Below are positions 58,565 to 64,000 of a stretch of DNA of 64,000 bases, piece by piece. Positions within the stretch are counted from its first letter, which is position 1, and each line of letters opens with the position of its first letter. Below the pieces are notes generated by a model. That model searched no databases and was not told the DNA's origin. It saw only the letters and a program-made list of their open reading frames with translations. Source of the stretch: an uncultured bacterium (lineage in GTDB: Bacteria; Krumholzibacteriota; Krumholzibacteriia; LZORAL124-64-63). Location: positions 32,001 through 96,000 of the forward strand of contig CAVSGO010000005.1 in the NCBI GenBank assembly GCA_963727525.1. Reading direction: 5' to 3'. The position numbers and the translations under genes are program-made.

Positions 58565-60184
58565 CTATTTCAGTAGCGCGATCTCGTCCCAGTCGAGGAA
58601 GCCCTCGGGTACGTCGACCATGGCGTTGACCACCAGTTCCACGAGACCGCCGTAGTGGATGCGGGCCCGGGGCCAGGCCTCGTAATGGTCGAGCAGGTCG
58701 CGCATCTGGCCCTTGCAGTTGGAGCAAGGCGCGCACACGTAGCGCGGCGTGGCGGGGTCGTCGATGCCGGTCTGGAAGGCCTCGAGGATCTGCTGGAACT
58801 TGCGGCGGCCACTCACCTTCATGCGCCAGTCGAGGAAGTTCAGCGAGTTCATGATCGCGAATCCACTGCCGCCGCCGCAGCAGTAGTTCTGCACGCCGTG
58901 CGGCGTCATCTCGCGGAAGTCGGCGCAGGCGGCGCGGATGACCTCGCGCTGCGGCTGGACCACGCCCATGCTGCGCACGACGTTGCAGGGATCGTGCAGC
59001 GTCACGGGGAACGGATTCCGCGCCGGATCGAGCTTGAGCCGCCCATCGCGCAGGAGCTGCGCGAGCAGCGTGAAGCAGCTCTCGCGCGGGATGTTCAGAT
59101 CGCCGAGCCACACGCGATCGCCCACCGCCATGGCGGCCTTGTGTGCATGCCCGCACTCGCCGATGACTACCTTGCGCACCCCCAGCGCCCGCGCCGCCTG
59201 CGCGTGCTTCACGCCGACCCGTGCGAGCTGCACGTCATCGTAGAAGAGGCCGTAGTTCACCGAATCGTAGCCGGCGATCTCGCTACTGAGGGTCCAGCTC
59301 AGGCCGGTCTGGTGGAAGATGATCGCGAAGGCGGCCAGATTCTCGGGCCAGCTCAGGAACTCCCCCGCGTTGTGCATCACGAGGATTTCGGCACCCGCCT
59401 CGTCGACCGGGATGGCCACGTCGAGACCGAGGCGATCCTTGATGTCCTCATGCACGAACGCGACGACATCCAGGAATCCACGCGGATTCATGCCTGTCGA
59501 TGAGCCCACGCTGAGTTGCTTGACGGTGCCGTCGGCATGCAGCTCGGGCGGCGACCAGCCGAGTTCCTGGCTGAAGAGCTTGCGCAGTTCGCGCGCGATG
59601 AGACCGTTGTCCACGCCCATGGCGCAGCTCTGCGCGCAGCGCCGGCAAAGGGTGCAACGATACGACAGATCGGCCAGTCGTGCGACGAGATCCCAGGTGA
59701 CATCGATATCGTTGCCGTTCAGCCGCGCGAACAGGCGGCCCAGTCCACCACGGCGCCGACCCACCAGGCGGCGCAGCGTCTCGCCGCGCAGGAGCGGACG
59801 GTACGCCTCGTTACCGCCACTGCTCTCGTAGACGGGGCAGGCGGCGGCGCAGGTGTCGCACTTCACGCAGTTCTCGAGCGAGAGTACGAGCGGTTGCAGA
59901 AACGTCCAGTTGGCTTCGCGATCGAGCAGCTTGTCGAGACCCATCAGGAAGCGGTCCACATGGACGGCACGTTGCGCATCGCTGTCCGGACGCGCAACGC
60001 GCAGACCCACCACACCGTCGAGGCTGTGCTCGAGACGGCCGGCGGCATCGGCGGAGAGCGCCGCGATCGGTTCATCGCGCCAGTCCTCGTAGGGATGCGG
60101 CAGCGGCGGGAGCGCCTGCGGATCGACAGGCGACAGGACCTCGGCGGGTTGCGCGAGGTCGCGCGGGCGCAGGGCGTCCGTCAT
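58565..60184 (-). CDS. Fe-S oxidoreductase, DsrK/HdrD/HmcF-like (CCG domain)
   Basis: CVKCDTCAAACP, CTLCRRCAQSC, GECGH, LHDPCN, YCCGGGSG, CAPCSNCK. Confidence 0.88.
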   Translation of the reverse strand: MTDALRPRDLAQPAEVLSPVDPQALPPLPHPYEDWRDEPIAALSADAAGRLEHSLDGVVGLRVARPDSDAQRAVHVDRFLMGLDKLLDREANWTFLQPLVLSLENCVKCDTCAAACPVYESSGGNEAYRPLLRGETLRRLVGRRRGGLGRLFARLNGNDIDVTWDLVARLADLSYRCTLCRRCAQSCAMGVDNGLIARELRKLFSQELGWSPPELHADGTVKQLSVGSSTGMNPRGFLDVVAFVHEDIKDRLGLDVAIPVDEAGAEILVMHNAGEFLSWPENLAAFAIIFHQTGLSWTLSSEIAGYDSVNYGLFYDDVQLARVGVKHAQAARALGVRKVVIGECGHAHKAAMAVGDRVWLGDLNIPRESCFTLLAQLLRDGRLKLDPARNPFPVTLHDPCNVVRSMGVVQPQREVIRAACADFREMTPHGVQNYCCGGGSGFAIMNSLNFLDWRMKVSGRRKFQQILEAFQTGIDDPATPRYVCAPCSNCKGQMRDLLDHYEAWPRARIHYGGLVELVVNAMVDVPEGFLDWDEIALLK

Positions 60185-61098
60185 CGCGGTTCCTCCGCGA
60201 CCGTCGTGGCTGCATCCTGCCACGTGCGCCCCTCACCCACATGCGGCGCCGACCAGCCGACGCCGAAGGTCATGGCCTGCTGCAGTCGCCGCTCGAGGGC
60301 ACCGCCGCGGGGATTGGGCGCATCCTCCCAGCGAACGCGGTGGTAGAGGAAATACTTGGCCACGAAGTGGAACATGCGCGAGAGCGGCAACCACACCAGC
60401 ACGACACCGCCCAGCGCCAGCTCGACCTGCACGCCCGCCGGCGCCGCGAGCGGTTGAAACGCGACGAGAGCGGCCGCGGCCGTCACGAGGGACGCGAATC
60501 CGCGCTCCACCGCGTGCACGCCCAGGGCCGTGCCGAGCCAGGCGACGAAGACCGCCAGGTTCAGGATGTCGCTCGGCGCGTTGTAGGCGCGCAGGGCGGG
60601 GTCGACGAGTCGGCGGTGCGCCAGCGCCACAGCACCTCCTAGCGCCAGGACGAGGCCCGTGAAACCGACCACCGTCGTCGCCGTGCTCGCGGCCGTCGAC
60701 AGAGTGCCGCCGCCGTGTCCCGTTGCCACCGCGATTCCCTGCCCGAGGTTGCCGAGAAGCCAGACGATCAGCAGGTAGAGGCCGGCATGGAAGGGCCAGC
60801 TTCGCCGCCACAGCGCCGGGTTGTGATGCCGTACGCCCGCCAGCAGGACGATCTCCGCCGCCATCGCGCGAAGAGCGCCGCCGTGATCCGGCCGCCGCGT
60901 CCGGGTCCACCAGTCGCTCTCCTCGAAGATCGAGCCGCCATAGTGGGCCCGACCTCGCTCGTGCGCCACGGGATACAGCTCCCAGCGCAGGTGGACCGGC
61001 GCGCGCCCATAGCGCAGGCTCCTCACGACGACGGCGACGAGGCAGAACACCACGGCGGCATACACGAAGATCTGCACGGGAAGCTGAAGTTGCGGCAT
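60181..61098 (-). CDS. NarI/DsrM-like membrane b-type cytochrome (nitrate reductase gamma subunit family)
   Basis: PVHLRWELYPV; FHAGLYL; LPLSRMFHFVAKYF; overlaps the DsrK-like gene by ATGA. Confidence 0.85.
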   Translation of the reverse strand: MPQLQLPVQIFVYAAVVFCLVAVVVRSLRYGRAPVHLRWELYPVAHERGRAHYGGSIFEESDWWTRTRRPDHGGALRAMAAEIVLLAGVRHHNPALWRRSWPFHAGLYLLIVWLLGNLGQGIAVATGHGGGTLSTAASTATTVVGFTGLVLALGGAVALAHRRLVDPALRAYNAPSDILNLAVFVAWLGTALGVHAVERGFASLVTAAAALVAFQPLAAPAGVQVELALGGVVLVWLPLSRMFHFVAKYFLYHRVRWEDAPNPRGGALERRLQQAMTFGVGWSAPHVGEGRTWQDAATTVAEEPR

Positions 61099-61199
61099 GA
61101 TCGGCTCCGATGGCGACGATGCGAGGGCACGGCGCGAGCAACGGATGGCGGGCCAAACATAATCGGCGGCACCAGGGCGGGCAAACCGGACTCGCAGGA

Positions 61200-61910
61200 T
61201 CAGGCGGGGCGGACCACCGCGATCTCGGCGGGCAACGCCAGGCGCGCGATTGCCGCGGTGCGGGCGAGATCCGGCTCGAGCAGGGCGGCCGGCCAGGGCA
61301 CCGTGTCCCGCAAAGCTTCGGGCAGCGGTGACGGCAGGTCGTCCTCGCCGCGGCAGGCGCGCACGGCGACCTCGCGCACCCCTCGCGTGCGCGCGTGCAG
61401 CTCGCGCACGTGCGTCAGCAGTTCGACACGCTCGGGATACACCTCGAGGTGCCCGATCACCAGGGTGACACCCAGCGTCACTCCGCCGCGCGTCAGATCG
61501 TGGGCCGCCTTGAGCCAGGCCGTCGTGCCCGGCGTGAGTCCGAGCAGCGACCGCGCGCGGTCGCTGAGCAGCCAAGTTTCGCCGGCCACGATCTCGCGCA
61601 GGGCGGGTGGCAGGGGCAGGTCGCCCGGCGTCGCCACGGCGGGGCCCGCCGGTCGTCGCGGCACCGGCCCCGCGGCAGCCTCGAGGTCGGCGAGCGCGGC
61701 CTCCTCGAAGAGCACCAGCAGCTCGCCGCTCTCAGGCAGCCGCGTGCGCAACTCGTCCAGCAGCGTGCGGGCGAAGGCCGACGACGTCGGCGGCGGCGCG
61801 AGCCGGTCCGGCGGGAAGACCCGCGGCCCCTCACCGCTGGTCTCGTCCTCGCGACGCGCGAGTAGCTCGTGGAACCGATCCGGGGGCATGGGCAGTTCGC
61901 GGTCGGTCAT
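61200..61910 (-). CDS. Hypothetical protein
   Basis: ORF in the same run as the sulfotransferase and sulfatase genes; no recognisable motif. Confidence 0.5.
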   Translation of the reverse strand: MTDRELPMPPDRFHELLARREDETSGEGPRVFPPDRLAPPPTSSAFARTLLDELRTRLPESGELLVLFEEAALADLEAAAGPVPRRPAGPAVATPGDLPLPPALREIVAGETWLLSDRARSLLGLTPGTTAWLKAAHDLTRGGVTLGVTLVIGHLEVYPERVELLTHVRELHARTRGVREVAVRACRGEDDLPSPLPEALRDTVPWPAALLEPDLARTAAIARLALPAEIAVVRPA

Positions 61911-61914
61911 GGCA

Positions 61915-62781
61915 TCAGACGGCCGTCGTCTCCATCCGTCGCCGGTAGGCACGGACGGCGGGATTCACGCGGAACTTCCAGTAGAGACGATTGAGCCGAT
62001 CGTGCACGTGATTGAAACCGCGACCACGATGCGCCTGGAAGCGGGCGAGGTCGTCGGCCAGCGACGGGCCGTAGGCGGCGCGGTGACGCGGCATGAGCAC
62101 GTTGGCCACATGGTCGTACAGTGGCTGTTCGCGGCGGTTCAGATGGGCGAGCTGCTCGCGCCGCACCGGATCGTCGAGGATGCCACGCGCCACGTCGTTG
62201 CGCTCGGCCACGTTGGATCGCAGGTAGGCGATGTTCAGTTCGGGCGCCACCAGCTTGCGCAGCAGGAGCAGCGATTCGTCGAAGTGCTCGAGCAGACCCA
62301 CGAAGATCCCCAGCTCCTCGATCGCGGCGATCGCGGCCGCCGCGTCGCTCTCGCGCGTGAAGTACTTGAGCTGATGATTATGCGGCTCGTTCCAGACACA
62401 CCACTGCGCCCAGTCGAGCGGGTCTTTTTCCGTCGCCACATGATACTGGTAGTGCGACGCCGCGCGCTTCAGGGGATCGCGCACGAAGGCGAAGTACCGT
62501 ACGGGTTGCAGATCGTGCAGTCCGCCGGGGACAGTGACGGCATGGCCGCCGATCGCCTTCATACCGGGGCACACCGACATCAGCCGGCGGAAGTCGTCAT
62601 GGTCGTACGAGGCGACCGATAGCGCGCGCTCCTCGGCGCCGGGCACGAGATGGCTCCGCCAGGGCACGGCGTGGCAGTAGGCGATGCCGAACGTGGAGCG
62701 CAGCAACGTCTCCACCGAGCGGCCGCCGGTCTTGGCCAGGTGCAAGAATGTCAGCAGAGAACGCGACTCTTGGCTCATCAC
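61915..62781 (-). CDS. Sulfotransferase family 2 protein
   Basis: FLHLAKTGGRSV (5'-PSB loop), FVRDPLKRAASHY (3'-PB), VGLLEHFDESLLLL. Confidence 0.85.
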   Translation of the reverse strand: MMSQESRSLLTFLHLAKTGGRSVETLLRSTFGIAYCHAVPWRSHLVPGAEERALSVASYDHDDFRRLMSVCPGMKAIGGHAVTVPGGLHDLQPVRYFAFVRDPLKRAASHYQYHVATEKDPLDWAQWCVWNEPHNHQLKYFTRESDAAAAIAAIEELGIFVGLLEHFDESLLLLRKLVAPELNIAYLRSNVAERNDVARGILDDPVRREQLAHLNRREQPLYDHVANVLMPRHRAAYGPSLADDLARFQAHRGRGFNHVHDRLNRLYWKFRVNPAVRAYRRRMETTAV

Positions 62782-64000
62782 ATGTACCCCAGATCCTTCA
62801 TCTCGCGCTCGATCTTTGCGCGCATCGCGTCGTCGGCGTCGGCGACGGCCCCCGGGTCGGCGCCCGCCTCCAGCGACGCCGCCAGCAGCGCCCTCAGGCG
62901 CTGCGTCCGCGCGCGATCCCGCCGCAGGTTGTGGCGCTCGTGCGGATCGGCCGTGAGGTCGTAGACCTCATCGCCGTGCTGCCTCAGATAGAGCATGCGC
63001 GCGCGTTTGCGCAAGCGCTGGTTGCGCGTGAGATGCGGACTCGGCAGGGAAGCGATGAGCTTGTCACGACCGGCGCGAACCGCAGCCTTGAACATGCCGT
63101 GACAGTACACCGGCGCCGCGATGGACGGATCGTCGTCGACCTCGCCGCGGATCAAGGGCGCACACGAGCGCGCGGCCAGACCGGGCGGCAGGGCGACGCC
63201 GGCCAGGTCGAGCAGGGTGGGCAGCAGGTTCACGTGGCTCACCGGGCTGACGACGCGCCGGCCCGCCCGCTCCAGGCGCGGATCGACGATGATGCCCGCG
63301 GTGCGGATGACCTCCTCGTGCAGGCCGACCTGCCCATGAGTAAATCCGCCATGATCCAGGAATTCCTCGCCGTGGTCAGACAGCACGCAGATGATCGTGT
63401 TCTGATCGAACCCCAGATTCGCGAGCGACTCCACCAGGTCGCCGATGACACCGTCATTGTACTGCACCGCCGCGTCGTACTTGTCGATCAGCCACTGGAG
63501 GGTGTCGGGCGCGAGCCGCTTCCACTTCAGGTTCACGTCGCGAATGAGGCGCATCAGCTTCTGATGGTTCGCATCGTCGCCCGTGTTCAGCCGTTCGCGT
63601 TCCTGGGGAAAGGCGATCTGCCGGATCGCGGCCGGCACCGCGTCGGGAGCGACGGTGTCGAACGCCTCGGCGAACTCGTCGGGTAGCCGGTAGGGTAGGT
63701 GCGGCCCGTCATAATGAAGGAAGAGACAGAAAGGCGCGTCGTGACCGTGTTGGGACAGCCACTCCACCGCTCCCTGCGTGACGGTCCGGGGCAGTTCCTT
63801 GCTGTAATCGAAGCTGCGCCCCTGCGTCACCACCTCGAGCGGTCCCCAGATATCGCCCAGCAAGTGCTCGAAGAAGTTGAAGGTGACGACGCCGGCCGTA
63901 CGCATGCCGGCTTCCGTCAGAGCCGCCGTGACGGGCGACTGGATAGCTCGACGGGTGAAGGCGAAGACACCGTGCTGGCGCGGGTACACGCCGGTGAACA
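62778..64000 (-). CDS. Sulfatase / alkaline-phosphatase superfamily hydrolase (5' end outside the window)
   Basis: TGVYPRQHG, FLHYDGPHLPY, YDAAVQYND, LSDHGEEF, YDLTADPHERHNL. Confidence 0.85.
   Translation of the reverse strand, partial: FTGVYPRQHGVFAFTRRAIQSPVTAALTEAGMRTAGVVTFNFFEHLLGDIWGPLEVVTQGRSFDYSKELPRTVTQGAVEWLSQHGHDAPFCLFLHYDGPHLPYRLPDEFAEAFDTVAPDAVPAAIRQIAFPQERERLNTGDDANHQKLMRLIRDVNLKWKRLAPDTLQWLIDKYDAAVQYNDGVIGDLVESLANLGFDQNTIICVLSDHGEEFLDHGGFTHGQVGLHEEVIRTAGIIVDPRLERAGRRVVSPVSHVNLLPTLLDLAGVALPPGLAARSCAPLIRGEVDDDPSIAAPVYCHGMFKAAVRAGRDKLIASLPSPHLTRNQRLRKRARMLYLRQHGDEVYDLTADPHERHNLRRDRARTQRLRALLAASLEAGADPGAVADADDAMRAKIEREMKDLGYM

Noticed and set aside
58565-61098. Dissimilatory sulfate or nitrate reduction
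   Set aside because: No dsrAB/dsrC or narGH in the window. DsrMK-like pairs occur in many non-sulfate-reducers.

Overview
This is a high-GC bacterial window with about 42 protein-coding genes. I see no rRNA, tRNA, CRISPR array or transposase. Many secreted proteins end in an FlgD-Ig-like 'PNPFNP...WDG' domain, and one ends in a 'SWGAVKSLFH' tail. This suggests an FCB-group candidate lineage such as Krumholzibacteriota, Latescibacterota or Eisenbacteria (inference). The left two-thirds encodes a large protease and hydrolase set (four S8 subtilases, S9, M24, MA, alkaline phosphatase, GH13) plus housekeeping genes. It also holds a TPR/sigma-54 activator translationally coupled to a small secreted peptide gene, a candidate peptide-signalling system that shows an abrupt codon-skew switch inside the activator gene. 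The standout is a ~15 kb minus-strand cluster at 40.8-56.2 kb that looks like a complete OmcS-type cytochrome-nanowire locus outside Geobacter. It contains two hexaheme OmcS/OmcT homologues keeping the inter-subunit His16, an NHL beta-propeller, a single 42-heme cytochrome, a SurA/PPIase-like chaperone, two CsgG/LpoB-like proteins, an outer-membrane beta-barrel, a 7-heme cytochrome, hemA (with a 1-nt frameshift) and a CcsA/HemX-like gene. Next to it lie an M23 peptidase, a DsrMK-like pair, a sulfotransferase and a sulfatase. All family calls come from motif recognition by eye; no searches were run.
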